A stretch of DNA of 64,000 bases. It comes from Bryobacterales bacterium. Its GTDB lineage: Bacteria; Acidobacteriota; Terriglobia; Bryobacterales; UBA6623. Shown here in pieces: positions 28,374 to 38,696 of this stretch. A model generated the notes under the pieces. The model worked only from the letters and a program-made list of their open reading frames with translations. It was not told the origin of the DNA and made no database searches. The stretch lies in the NCBI GenBank assembly GCA_028819255.1, contig JAPPMB010000064.1, positions 93,478-157,477 on the forward strand, read 5' to 3'. The position numbers and the translations under genes are program-made. Within the stretch, counting starts at the first letter, position 1, and every line of letters begins with the position of its first letter.

Positions 28374-29666
28374 ATGCTGGACCGCGGGTTCTTGCGCCGA
28401 CACTTCGAGGAGGTCAAAGGCCGCCTCGCCTACCGGGCGCCCGCCGGAATCCTGGACGAGTTCGCGACCGCGGACGCCAGGCGGAGGGCGGCTGTCACCG
28501 AGATCCAGGCCCTGCAGCAGAGGCGCAACGCGCTGTCGAAGCGCGTGGGGATTGCGCGTCGCGCCGGCAAGGATGCCTTGGACATCGTCAAGGCGTCGCG
28601 GGAGGTCCATGCCGAGATCCGCGAGCGCGAAGCCTCCGTCCAGGCGCTTGACGCGGCGCTCGAGGATGTCCTGAGCAGAATCCCGAATGTCCCGCACGAG
28701 ACCGTCCCCGCCGGCAGGGACGCGACGGCCAACGTCGAGATCAGCAGGTGGGGAAAGCGACCTGAGTTCCCCTTCGCGCCCAAACCCCACTGGGAGCTGG
28801 GCGTCGAGCTGGGCATTGTGGACTTCGAGCGCGCCGCGAAGATCGCCGGCTCGCGGTTCGCCGTCTACAGGAATGCCGGGGCAAAGCTTGAGCGGGCGCT
28901 CATGAACTTCATGCTCGACGTGCACACGGGCGAGCACGGCTATGCCGAGATCCTCCCTCCCTTCATCGGGAACTCGCGGACCCTCTACGGAACCGGGCAG
29001 CTCCCGAAGTTCGCACACGATCTCTTCAAGCTGGAGGGGACCGACTACTGGCTCATCCCGACTGCGGAGGTTCCCCTGACGAACCTCTACGCGGAAGAGA
29101 CGCTCGCAGCCGCCGATCTGCCTGTTTCGCTGACGGCGTTCACCCCCTGCTTTCGCAGCGAAGCCGGTTCCTACGGACGCGACGTCCGCGGGGTGATCCG
29201 CCAGCACCAGTTCCAGAAGGTCGAACTGGTCAAGATCGTCAGCCCGGAATCCAGCTACCAGCAGCTGGAGCGGCTGACGGCGGACGCGGAGGAGATCCTG
29301 CGGCGGCTGGGCCTGCCCTACCGAAAGGTGCTGCTCTCGAGCGGGGACACAGGCTTCAGCGCCGCGAAGACCTACGATCTCGAGGTTTGGCTTCCCGGTC
29401 TGGGCGAATACAAGGAGATCTCCTCGTGTAGCAACTTTGAGGAGTTCCAGGCCCGAAGGGCCAAGATCCGCTTCAGGCGGAGCATCGGCCGCCGGGTGAG
29501 TCCGGGATACGTCCACACCCTGAACGGGAGCGGCTTGGCCATCGGTCGCACCTGGCTTGCCATCATCGAGAATTATCAGCAGGCGGACGGCACCGTTGTC
29601 ATCCCCGATGCCCTGCGGTCCTATCTGGGAGCCGAGCGCATCGACGCTTCCGGATCCCTGGCCTGA
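28374..29666 (+). CDS. serS: Serine--tRNA ligase
   Basis: [39 protein letters not shown] and TLNGSGLA motifs; MLD start at 28374. Confidence 0.98.
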   Translation: MLDRGFLRRHFEEVKGRLAYRAPAGILDEFATADARRRAAVTEIQALQQRRNALSKRVGIARRAGKDALDIVKASREVHAEIREREASVQALDAALEDVLSRIPNVPHETVPAGRDATANVEISRWGKRPEFPFAPKPHWELGVELGIVDFERAAKIAGSRFAVYRNAGAKLERALMNFMLDVHTGEHGYAEILPPFIGNSRTLYGTGQLPKFAHDLFKLEGTDYWLIPTAEVPLTNLYAEETLAAADLPVSLTAFTPCFRSEAGSYGRDVRGVIRQHQFQKVELVKIVSPESSYQQLERLTADAEEILRRLGLPYRKVLLSSGDTGFSAAKTYDLEVWLPGLGEYKEISSCSNFEEFQARRAKIRFRRSIGRRVSPGYVHTLNGSGLAIGRTWLAIIENYQQADGTVVIPDALRSYLGAERIDASGSLA

Positions 29667-29697
29667 ATGCAGGTCGTCCGGAACGGGCGGCGGGGCG

Positions 29698-30435
29698 TCA
29701 GCGATAGCGGCCGATGAGGCCGTTGATCATCACCGTCCATACGTCGAGGAACGCTCCCATCCCTTCCAGTGCGCCCACCGACGAGCCTTCCGCGTTGTTC
29801 CAGCGCACCGGAACCTCGGCGACCGAAAGGCCCAGTTCCCTAGCTATGTAGAGCTGTTCGACGTCGAACCCGAACCGCTCGATCCGCTGTTTCTCGGCGA
29901 CTTGCCGTGCAGCCTCCCGGCTGAAGAGCTTGAAGCCGCATTGCGTATCGGCAAAGTTCAGGCCCAGCAGGAGCCGCACGTTCCGGTTGAACACCCGCCC
30001 CGCGAATTCCCTGTACGGGGGCTGCCGCTCCCCGATCAGGGACCGGTCCAGCCCGCGGGAGCCAATCGCGATGTCGAAGGGCCCCGCCTCCACCGCCTGC
30101 TTCAGCAGCTCGATGTCCTCTAGCGGCGCTGACAGGTCAGCGTCCGAGAACAGGACCCACTCGTGCCGTGCCTCCCGCATTCCTCGCCGCACGCTGTGCC
30201 CCTTGCCGCGGTTCCGGCCGTTCCGCAGGACACGAAACTTCGCGGCCGGGAGTTCGACGATGTCTGCCAGCTCCGCTGCGCATTCGGCAGTGCCGTCGGT
30301 TGAGCCGTCGTCGACCACGATCACCTCGACCGGATCGTACGGCCCGCTCGGTATGAACGCTGCCACGGTGCGCAGAGTGGCTGGCAGGCGGCGGGCCTCG
30401 TTGTAGGCCGGAATTACTAGTGTGAGGGAGGCCAT
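29698..30435 (-). CDS. GT2 glycosyltransferase, dolichyl-phosphate beta-glucosyltransferase-like
   Basis: VIPAYNE, VVDDGSTD, NRGKG, FSDADLS, DTQCGFKLF and FDVE motifs. Confidence 0.92.
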   Translation of the reverse strand: MASLTLVIPAYNEARRLPATLRTVAAFIPSGPYDPVEVIVVDDGSTDGTAECAAELADIVELPAAKFRVLRNGRNRGKGHSVRRGMREARHEWVLFSDADLSAPLEDIELLKQAVEAGPFDIAIGSRGLDRSLIGERQPPYREFAGRVFNRNVRLLLGLNFADTQCGFKLFSREAARQVAEKQRIERFGFDVEQLYIARELGLSVAEVPVRWNNAEGSSVGALEGMGAFLDVWTVMINGLIGRYR

Positions 30436-31193
30436 GTTCCGCCGTCACGCCCCGTGGCCGCCGGGCGGGCGCCGATGGACCGTCCGGTCAGGATCGCGTA
30501 GTAGGGCCGGCATTCCTCCAGCAAGGGGCCGAGTTTGCCCGGAAACGGCTCGGTCCTCGCGCGGTACGGCTGAAAGTGCGTTGTGCGATGCGCATTCCGG
30601 TACCATTCCGACGCCCAGACACCATCGTACGCCTTGGGGCCGGACGGCCATCGCAGCATGGATCGGTCGAACGGTATTCGCAGGTGAGCGCAGAGCGCGC
30701 GCAGCGTGCCCGGGGGATCAAGGAGCAGATTGCGGGATTCCACGACGGCCGGCCTCTGCCCCCAACCCTCGAGCATGGAGAGGATCTCGCACTGGCGCTT
30801 GAGCCCCGTGTCGCGCAGTGTCGGGTGGCCGATCCTCCGCTGCAGCGACGGAAGCATCCGCTCGGGATCTCGCGTCAGGAAGACATTCACCGTCCGCTCC
30901 ATGAATGAGAGGTCGAGATTGACGAGGTGGTGCGCCATCTGCTTGAAGAAGAGCACCGGACGTTCGGCCGGTCCGAGAATCTCCTGACGGACCACCTCCT
31001 CGCCGTTCGCGTTCTGCGCGGCAAGGCACTCTTCGCGGAGCGGATGCTGCGCTCCCGAGACTCGAAGGAAGTGTGCGTACAGCGGCTCGTCGACGACCTC
31101 CGTGTCGCCGCGCTGGGCAAACGAGTACATCAGGGCTGTCGAGACGTTCCGGGGACCGGACCAGAGACAGATGCGCTTTACGTCCTGATGCAT
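30417..31193 (-). CDS. Sulfotransferase-like P-loop protein
   Basis: ICLWSGPRNVSTALMYSF, DEPLYA, FKQMAHH and DGVWA..WY motifs; start at ATG31193. Confidence 0.82.
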   Translation of the reverse strand: MHQDVKRICLWSGPRNVSTALMYSFAQRGDTEVVDEPLYAHFLRVSGAQHPLREECLAAQNANGEEVVRQEILGPAERPVLFFKQMAHHLVNLDLSFMERTVNVFLTRDPERMLPSLQRRIGHPTLRDTGLKRQCEILSMLEGWGQRPAVVESRNLLLDPPGTLRALCAHLRIPFDRSMLRWPSGPKAYDGVWASEWYRNAHRTTHFQPYRARTEPFPGKLGPLLEECRPYYAILTGRSIGARPAATGRDGGTWPPSH

Positions 31194-31393
31194 CGTTCCA
31201 TCGGCACGCCGCAGTGGGGGAGGGGGGCGGCCGGGAAGCGACGGCTCGCATGAACGTCTCCGCGCAACTCGGCCGCAGACCTGCATTGTGGCACGGACCC
31301 GCGCCCGCGGCGCTCGCGCCGGGCTCTCCTGAAGCGGCGGATGCCGCCGGCCGGCGGGGAGAGTGTGGAGCCCCTGTTTGCCATGATGGGCTC

Positions 31394-33268
31394 ATGGCCG
31401 GCGCGGAATCCCCGAATGTGATCAGGCCCGGCACGGTCAGCGCCCCCGAGTTCCCGTCCGGGCTGCAGTGGCTCAATGTCGACCGGCCGCTCCGGATGGG
31501 CCAGCTGCGCGGCAAGATCGTGCTCCTGGACTTCTGGACATACTGCTGCATCAACTGCATGCACGCACTCGAGGACGTCAAGCGGCTTGAGCGCAGGTTT
31601 CCCGACGAGCTGGTTGTGATCGGGGTGCATTCGGCCAAGTTCGATGCCGAGAAGAACACCGAGCGGATCCGCGAGGCGGTCCTGCGCCACGGCATTGAGC
31701 ACCCCGTCGTCAACGATTCCGAGATGCGGGTGTGGCAGGAGTATGCGATTCGGGCATGGCCGAGCTTCATGCTGATCGATCCGCTCGGAAAGATCTTCGG
31801 CACGCATTCGGGCGAGCGCGTGTACGACCTGTTCGAACGTGTCATCTCACAGCTGATCGAGCACTATGATGCCGAGGGCGGGATCTTGAGGCGTCCCGTG
31901 GAACCGCGGCCCGAATCGCCTCCAGCTGCGACACCCGTGCTGTCCTTCCCCGGAAAGGTCCTGGCGGACGGCGAGGGGAAGAGGCTTTTTGTGGCTGACA
32001 CCAACCACCACCGAATCGTGGTGGCGTCGCTGCACGACGGGTCGGTGCTCGACACGATCGGAAGCGGCGAGTCCGGGTTCGCGGACGGCCGTTCCGCGGA
32101 TGCCAAGTTCAAGCAGCCCCAGGGAATGGCCCTCGTCGGCGAAAGTCTCTATGTGGCGGACACCGGGAACCACTCGATCCGCGATGCCGACCTGACCGAG
32201 CGGACAGTGACGACGGTCGTCGGCGATGGCCGCCAGGACACGGAGTGGAGCAGCGCACCGGGTCCCGTTGCCGGACGCAGGCTGAACTCTCCATGGGATC
32301 TCGAGACTGCCCATGGCGTCCTCTTCGTGGCGATGGCCGGAAACCACCAGGTGTTCGGCATCGACCTCGAGAGCGGGTACATCGCGGGGCACGCGGGCAG
32401 CGGGCGCGAGGACCATTTGGACGGCCCGCTGCTGGCGGCGGCCCTGGCCCAGCCGACTGGCCTGACCAGCGACCGGGAGAGCCTGTTCGTCGCAGACAGC
32501 GAGGTCAGCTCCATTCGGGCCGCATCGCTGGACCCGAGGGGAGGGCACGTGCGCACGGTGGTCGGCAAGGGCCTGTTCGACTTCGGCGATGTCGACGGCG
32601 TTGGCCAGAACGTCCTGCTGCAGCACCCGATGGGCGTCGCCCACTCCGACGGGGTCCTCTACGTCGCCGACACGTACAACAACAAGATCAAGTCCATCGC
32701 TCTGAGCACGCTGACCGTGCGGACACTCGCCGGAAGCGGGGAAGCCGGATTCCGCGACGGTTCAGGCCCGGAGGCGGCGTTCAACGAGCCGGCCGGCCTC
32801 TCGTACGCCGACGGTGTGCTGTACGTTGCCGACACGAACAATCACGCGATTCGAATGGTCGACGTGGAGACCGGTGTCGTTTCCACTTGGAGGCTCCGCG
32901 ACATGTCCCGGCTTCTTCCTCCCGAGCCGACCACGGAGACGCTTGCCGGGCGGGCAGTCCGCGGAGGGCCCCTCGACCTGAAGGTCGCGGTGGGTCTCCC
33001 GGAAGGACATGAGTTCGCCAGAGAAGTCGCTTCCGGTGTGACGCTGCGCCTCGGCGACCGGGCATTTTCCGCCGTCCTGGCGGATGGGCTGGCAGAAGCG
33101 TCCTTCGACCTGGATGCGGACGGGAAGCTGCGCGTCGAGGCAACGGTCTACTACTGCAGCTCCCGGAAGGCGGGTGCGTGCCTCTACCGCCGGATGGCCA
33201 GGATCATCCCGCTGCACCTTGCGCCGGATGGTGCTCGAAACATCGCAGTGCGGTTCGAGACTGCGTGA
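31394..33268 (+). CDS. Thioredoxin-like plus NHL-repeat protein (NHLRC2/SOQ1-like)
   Basis: DFWTYCCINCMH, GVHSAKF, repeated VADTxNHxI blades, LNSPWD, LQHPMG and C-terminal YYC...C. Confidence 0.92.
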   Translation: MAGAESPNVIRPGTVSAPEFPSGLQWLNVDRPLRMGQLRGKIVLLDFWTYCCINCMHALEDVKRLERRFPDELVVIGVHSAKFDAEKNTERIREAVLRHGIEHPVVNDSEMRVWQEYAIRAWPSFMLIDPLGKIFGTHSGERVYDLFERVISQLIEHYDAEGGILRRPVEPRPESPPAATPVLSFPGKVLADGEGKRLFVADTNHHRIVVASLHDGSVLDTIGSGESGFADGRSADAKFKQPQGMALVGESLYVADTGNHSIRDADLTERTVTTVVGDGRQDTEWSSAPGPVAGRRLNSPWDLETAHGVLFVAMAGNHQVFGIDLESGYIAGHAGSGREDHLDGPLLAAALAQPTGLTSDRESLFVADSEVSSIRAASLDPRGGHVRTVVGKGLFDFGDVDGVGQNVLLQHPMGVAHSDGVLYVADTYNNKIKSIALSTLTVRTLAGSGEAGFRDGSGPEAAFNEPAGLSYADGVLYVADTNNHAIRMVDVETGVVSTWRLRDMSRLLPPEPTTETLAGRAVRGGPLDLKVAVGLPEGHEFAREVASGVTLRLGDRAFSAVLADGLAEASFDLDADGKLRVEATVYYCSSRKAGACLYRRMARIIPLHLAPDGARNIAVRFETA

Positions 33269-33300
33269 ATTCCGGAGGCCGTCCGGTACGGACCTTGAAT

Positions 33301-33618
33301 TCAGCGCTCTTCGGGATGGAAGGTCCCGACCGGCTCGACCAAGGACAGATCCTCGTCCAGCACGGCCGCGCATTCTGCCATGAGGAGGGACAGGACCAGG
33401 CGCGCTCGCTCCGTCTCGTCTGTCGGCGTCCCCGCGGCCCGGAATTCCGGGACGGACTCGAGTTCCGCTGACTGTTCGACCGTGTCCTTGGGTGGCATGG
33501 ATGCGCACGCCCATCGTATCGCTTTGCAGGAGGCTCGAAGGGGGCCAAGGCTCTCAAGGGCACTCACGATGTCCGCCTCGGCGGCGCAATCCGCCAAAGG
33601 GGTTTCAGGCCCGATCAA
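33301..33618 (-). CDS. Possible small hypothetical protein or remnant
   Basis: Protein-like acidic C-terminal half in a 600-bp gap; no good start signal. Confidence 0.3.
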   Translation of the reverse strand: MIGPETPLADCAAEADIVSALESLGPLRASCKAIRWACASMPPKDTVEQSAELESVPEFRAAGTPTDETERARLVLSLLMAECAAVLDEDLSLVEPVGTFHPEER

Positions 33619-33869
33619 TCGCGGGCAGGATCTTCAAAGACCCCACGGTCTGGCCGACGCGCCATTGGTCAGCCACGGCGCGGACCGGCCTTGCTCCCGC
33701 CTTTTGGCTCGGACCATCACATGTCTGCCGGGGCTTGCCCGACCGGCGGGACTGGGATTCCAGCCAGTGGTTTGGGCCGCCGCCCCTAGGGCGGTCGAGG
33801 TGGCGGCGACCCGGCTTCCGGGGACGAACGAAACCATGATAGGATTGTCCCGTTTACGGAGTTTCTCAC

Positions 33870-35633
33870 ATGGCGGATACGTTAGCGCAATTCTTCAGAA
33901 AGACTGTCGCTCATGGCAAGCCCGACGCGGCTCTCACCAAGGAAACGGGTGCGTACGCTCCCATCTCCTCGAGTGAACTGGAGCGGCGCGTCATCAATCT
34001 GCACCTGGCACTGCGCGCCGCCGGAATCGGCCGGGGTGCCAAGTTCGCATTGATCTCCGAGAACCGCTGGGAGTGGGCTGTCGCCGACTTCGCGATGATG
34101 ACTGCAGGGATCGTCAGCGTCCCGATCTATCCCACGTTGCCGGCGGAGCAGGTTCGGTACCTGCTCGGGCACTCCGAGGCTAGGGGGATCTTTTGCTCGA
34201 CGACCGATCAGGTGGACAAGGTGCTCTCGGTCCGCGATCAGCTGCCGGACCTCGGGTCCGTGATCGCGTTCGACGCAGTTGACCGCGAGGGTGTCACGAG
34301 CCTCAGCTCGATGATCGGCGACGGCGAGCCGGATGTCGCCGCAAGGCAGCGCTTCGACCAGGCGATTGACTCCGTCCGTCCTGAAGAGCTGGCGACCATC
34401 ATCTACACGTCGGGCACGACCGGGGTCCCCAAGGGAGTGATGCTCTCCCACACCAACATGGCCACCAATCTCAGGGACTCGATGATCGAGGTTTACGCCA
34501 GCGACGTCGCCATGTCGTTCCTGCCGCTGAGCCATGTCGCCGAAAGGATAGCGGACTATCTCTACTACAGCTCGGGCGCGACCGTGGCATACGCCGAGTC
34601 CATCGAGACGGTGGCGCTGAACATGAACGAGGTGCGGCCAACGGTCGCCTTTGCGGTCCCTCGGTTCTATGAGAAGGTCCACGGCAAGGTCATGGCCGCC
34701 ATGGCCGAGGCGCCCGCAGTCCGTCGGGGACTGTTCAACTGGGCTCTCAATGCGGGCATGGCGGCCACGCCGTATCGGATCGCTGGGAAGCCGCTGCCGT
34801 TCCTCCTTGCGATCAAGCACGCCATTGCGGACAAGCTCGTCTTCAGCAAGCTTCGCGCGAGGCTGGGTGGCCGGATGCGCTTCTTCGTGTCCGGAGCGGC
34901 GCCGCTCGCCACCCACCTGGCGGAGTTCTTCCATGCGCTTGGCATTCCGATCTACGAGGGCTACGGCTTGACCGAGACCTCCCCCCTGGTTTCCATCAAC
35001 ACAGCAGAGAACGTCAGGCTCGGCAGCGTCGGAAAGGTCATCCCGAATGTCGACGTCCGCATTGCCGAGGACGGGGAGATCCTGGTCAAGGGGCCCAACA
35101 TCATGCAGGGCTATTTCAAGATGGAGGAGCAGACCGCCGAGGTGATGGACGGCGACTGGTTCCACACCGGAGACATCGGTGAGATGGACGGCGACGGTTT
35201 CCTGTCGATCACCGACCGCAAGAAGGACCTCTTCAAGACTTCAGGCGGAAAGTACATCGTTCCCGCCCCCATCGAGAGCAGCCTCAAGGCCAGCCCACTG
35301 ATCGAGACCGCCGTCGTCATCGCCGAGCGCCGCAACTTTCCGAGCGCCCTGATCGTTCCGGATTTTGCAGCGCTCGGAGGGTGGGCTCGGTCCGAGGGCA
35401 TCGAGTTCGCGGACAATGCGCAGCTTTGCGCCGACCAGCGGGTTCAGGATCGCGTCATGAGCGAGGTGGAATCCAGAAGCGAGGGCATGGCTAGATTCGA
35501 GAGGATCAAGAAGGTTGCACTCATTCCCGCCGAATTCTCCATCGACGGCGGCGAGCTCACGCCCACCATGAAGGTGCGTCGGAAGCAGGTCAACGAGAAG
35601 TACGCGGAGCAGATTGAGGCGATCTACTCGTAA
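33870..35633 (+). CDS. Long-chain fatty acid--CoA ligase
   Basis: IIYTSGTTGVPKG, SFLPLSH, YEGYGLTE, WFHTGDIG, DRKKDLFKTSGGKY and ELTPTMK motifs. Confidence 0.93.
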   Translation: MADTLAQFFRKTVAHGKPDAALTKETGAYAPISSSELERRVINLHLALRAAGIGRGAKFALISENRWEWAVADFAMMTAGIVSVPIYPTLPAEQVRYLLGHSEARGIFCSTTDQVDKVLSVRDQLPDLGSVIAFDAVDREGVTSLSSMIGDGEPDVAARQRFDQAIDSVRPEELATIIYTSGTTGVPKGVMLSHTNMATNLRDSMIEVYASDVAMSFLPLSHVAERIADYLYYSSGATVAYAESIETVALNMNEVRPTVAFAVPRFYEKVHGKVMAAMAEAPAVRRGLFNWALNAGMAATPYRIAGKPLPFLLAIKHAIADKLVFSKLRARLGGRMRFFVSGAAPLATHLAEFFHALGIPIYEGYGLTETSPLVSINTAENVRLGSVGKVIPNVDVRIAEDGEILVKGPNIMQGYFKMEEQTAEVMDGDWFHTGDIGEMDGDGFLSITDRKKDLFKTSGGKYIVPAPIESSLKASPLIETAVVIAERRNFPSALIVPDFAALGGWARSEGIEFADNAQLCADQRVQDRVMSEVESRSEGMARFERIKKVALIPAEFSIDGGELTPTMKVRRKQVNEKYAEQIEAIYS

Positions 35634-35674
35634 CGCCGACGGCGCGCGGCCAGTCTGAGATAACTAGGGCCTCT

Positions 35675-36973
35675 ATGAGCTGGAGCACGCCGTTTCGCAC
35701 CGCAGCGGCTCACGCGGTGGCCGTCGCGCTGGTCTGCGTGGTCGTTGCGCCCGGGCAGGATGCGTTCCCGCTCCGCGCGATCGAATTCGAAGGGAACCGC
35801 GGATTCTCGGCGGAGGACCTTGCGGCCGTGACGGGACTGAAGATCGGCGAGCCCGTCCGGAAGAAGGACTTCGACCTCGCGCTGCGCCGGCTGAACGAGA
35901 CCGGCGTCTTCGAGAGCCTGCGCTACCGGTTCGAGCCCCTGGAGGGCGGCTACAGGCTCACCGTGATCGTCCAGGAGGTTCCGGAGCTGTTCCCCGTCCG
36001 GTTCAATGGGTTCGACGCGGACCCTGCGCAGCTGGTGGCCCTGCTCAAGGAGAGGCTGCCCATCTTCGTCGGCGTGGCGCCGGGCGGCGGGCCGATGGTG
36101 CGCATGGTCGTGAACGCACTGCAGGGCTGGTGGAAGGAGCAGGGCGGGGAAGAGGAGGTGGTTGCGAACATCCTCCCGGCCGGGGACGGCAAGTTCGAAC
36201 TGGTGGTCGGCCCTGAGAAGCAGACATCGAACATTGCGTTCGCGCGCTTCGAGAACACCGGGCACGTGGAAGCCCTGGAACTGCAGCGGATCTTCAATCA
36301 TTCGGTCCGCGGCGAGCCGTACTCGGAGTCCCGCCTCAACGAGCTGCTGCACTACAACGCCCGACCCCTCTACACGGAACTGGGCTACATGAACGTGAAG
36401 TTCTGTCCCTGCACCGCGCATCCGGACCCGGATTCCGAGGGCCTGCTGGTCGAGGTTCACGTCGAGCAGGGGGAGGTCTATCTCTGGGGTGACATCAACT
36501 GGCCGGACCCCATGCCGATCGACGAGGAGACGCTCGACAAGGTCAGCCTGATCGGTTCCGGCCATGTGGCCAACATGAAGGCGGCCTACGACACCATGGC
36601 CCGCATCGGCGAGGGACTGAAACGCCACGGCTACATGAAGGCTCACGCGACGTTCGACGAGCGCGTGGACCACGAGGACCGACGGGTCCACCTCGACGTC
36701 CACATTTCCACCGGCACGCAGTACAGGTTCTCGCGGCTCCTCATCGAGGGCCTCGACATCCTCTCGGCCCCCGCAGTGCGAAAGCGCTGGGGCATGCAGG
36801 CCGGCGACGTGTTCGACGTGCGGTACCCAGCCTATTTCCTCGACCGCGTCAAGGCCGACGCGATGTTCGAGAACCTCAAGCGCACCTCCTGGAGCATCGA
36901 CGTTGATGAGGCCCGGGGGCTTGTGGACGTGACGCTCGTCTTCTCGGGGCTGCTCGAGGAATCCGGCCTCTGA
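35675..36973 (+). CDS. Secreted POTRA-repeat protein without a beta-barrel
   Basis: Signal peptide; POTRA-like repeats (IEFEGN...L.ETGVF...VQE; Y.ELGY...VEQGEVY; GYM...TGTQY); ends VDVTLVF. Confidence 0.8.
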   Translation: MSWSTPFRTAAAHAVAVALVCVVVAPGQDAFPLRAIEFEGNRGFSAEDLAAVTGLKIGEPVRKKDFDLALRRLNETGVFESLRYRFEPLEGGYRLTVIVQEVPELFPVRFNGFDADPAQLVALLKERLPIFVGVAPGGGPMVRMVVNALQGWWKEQGGEEEVVANILPAGDGKFELVVGPEKQTSNIAFARFENTGHVEALELQRIFNHSVRGEPYSESRLNELLHYNARPLYTELGYMNVKFCPCTAHPDPDSEGLLVEVHVEQGEVYLWGDINWPDPMPIDEETLDKVSLIGSGHVANMKAAYDTMARIGEGLKRHGYMKAHATFDERVDHEDRRVHLDVHISTGTQYRFSRLLIEGLDILSAPAVRKRWGMQAGDVFDVRYPAYFLDRVKADAMFENLKRTSWSIDVDEARGLVDVTLVFSGLLEESGL

Positions 36974-36981
36974 GCGGACGC

Positions 36982-37926
36982 CTACGCCTGTGCGCGGTAC
37001 AGAGCCAGCCGGTAGATCACAGCCCTGCCCGAGGCTGAAGGATCATAAAGCACCGTGGCGGGCTGCCCGCTGCGCAGGTTCCGGTTGCGCTCGCGCGCCC
37101 GTACCGAGCGAATCTCGCCGGCCACTTCGTAGTTGACAACGAACGACCGCACTCCGCCCCTGCGTCTCACGTCGGCCGTGAGTCCCGCAACGGCCGAGCC
37201 GGTGGCGACGAGACGGCGGTGGAGCCGGCGCTGCGCTTCGGAGAAGCCGGCCGCAGCCAGCAGCAGGCCCCCGATGAAGAACACGAAGCGCGTTGAGGCC
37301 GGCGAGGTGATCTCGGGCAGGTAGTGATTGTCGGGATTGCTCGGCATGTACACGACCCTCGTCGTCGCCTGCTCCGAGAGACGGTTGTAGACCCGCTCCG
37401 AGATGCTGCGGCTGATGCGCACCGGCGATCCGTCGTGAGTGGCGAAGCTGTAGCCGACAAAGTACAGCGTCCTGCCGTTCTCCAGCTCCCTGGCCTGCAG
37501 GGAATGGACAGTGGCCATCGCATCCAGGCCCTCCCTCTCCAGCCTCTGCTTGGAATGGGGGGCCTGCAGGCGGGAGTAGTGCTCGTTGGCGAAACCGGCG
37601 AATGCTGCAACTGCGAGCATCCAGGACGCAACCACGGTCTTGCCTCGGGCCGTCATTCGCACTCTGCGAGGCGCCGGCCGCAGCAGCTCGGGCTCGACGG
37701 CGGCCCGCGTCGACGGCCCCGCCAGGGGCCGCTTCAAAGCCTCCACGCCCTCTCCGGACTTGCTGAGACCGATCCGGAGGGCCACCGACCCGGCGGCAAC
37801 GAGGCCCACCCCCGCCCACATCGTCAGTCCGCCATCCCGCAGTGAAATGACGATTGCGAAGCCGCCCGAAACTGCGAGCGAGGCTCCCAAGGCTAGCCAG
37901 ATCTTGGCGGGCGGACTGACTCTCAT
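36982..37926 (-). CDS. Membrane protein with DUF3592-like domains
   Basis: Several TM segments; repeated V.Y.F...V.Y.PxxP units (VVYMPSNP, VLYDPS). Confidence 0.7.
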   Translation of the reverse strand: MRVSPPAKIWLALGASLAVSGGFAIVISLRDGGLTMWAGVGLVAAGSVALRIGLSKSGEGVEALKRPLAGPSTRAAVEPELLRPAPRRVRMTARGKTVVASWMLAVAAFAGFANEHYSRLQAPHSKQRLEREGLDAMATVHSLQARELENGRTLYFVGYSFATHDGSPVRISRSISERVYNRLSEQATTRVVYMPSNPDNHYLPEITSPASTRFVFFIGGLLLAAAGFSEAQRRLHRRLVATGSAVAGLTADVRRRGGVRSFVVNYEVAGEIRSVRARERNRNLRSGQPATVLYDPSASGRAVIYRLALYRAQA

Positions 37927-38000
37927 GCCGCGAATCCAGTGTAGTCCAGGCGGGGGCGCTTCCCGGCAGCCGAGCCGCCTGGCCGGACTATGCTGAAGGG

Positions 38001-38696
38001 TTGCCGAGCATGATCCCCCCACATCCCTCCCGCCAGGCCCTTGCGGTCGCCGTCCTTGCTGCGCTGTCCGCGCTCGTTCCGCCGGCTGCCGGGCAGCCCG
38101 AACCTGCGGGCGCCGATCGCTGGGAGGCCGCGATCCGCGCATTCGAGGAGAGGGACCGCGCGAATCCGCCTCCCAAGGGGGGCGTCGTGTTCCTAGGGAG
38201 CTCGAGCTTCCGTCGCTGGGACCTGGAGAAGGCGTTTCCCGGCCGGGGCCTGATCAATCGCGGGTTCGGCGGATCCCAGATGGCCGACGCATTGCGCCAC
38301 CTCGATCGCATCGTGCTGCCGCTCGAGCCCCGGACGCTGCTTCTCTACGAGGGGGACAACGACATCGGGAGGGGAAAGAGCCCAGACACCGTGGAGAGCG
38401 AGTTCCGCGAACTCGTCGCCCGTGTTCGCGAGCGCCTGCCGGCGACACATGTCGTTTTCGTTGCGATCAAGCCGAGCCTCCGTCGCTGGCACGTGATCGA
38501 GAAGGTCCGTGAGGCGAACTCCAGGATTCGCGCGGTCGCCGAGGCAGACGCGCTCGTGACGTTCGTTGACGTCGGCACTCCGCTGCTCGGCCCGGACGGC
38601 AAGCCCAGGCCGGACCTGTTCGTCGAGGACCAGTTGCACCTCAACGATGCAGGGTATGCGATCTGGGCCGAACTGCTGGCCCCCTACGTCGAGTGA
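38001..38696 (+). CDS. SGNH/GDSL hydrolase, secreted
   Basis: FLGSSS, NRGFGGS, YEGDND and EDQLHLN motifs. Confidence 0.92.
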   Translation: MPSMIPPHPSRQALAVAVLAALSALVPPAAGQPEPAGADRWEAAIRAFEERDRANPPPKGGVVFLGSSSFRRWDLEKAFPGRGLINRGFGGSQMADALRHLDRIVLPLEPRTLLLYEGDNDIGRGKSPDTVESEFRELVARVRERLPATHVVFVAIKPSLRRWHVIEKVREANSRIRAVAEADALVTFVDVGTPLLGPDGKPRPDLFVEDQLHLNDAGYAIWAELLAPYVE

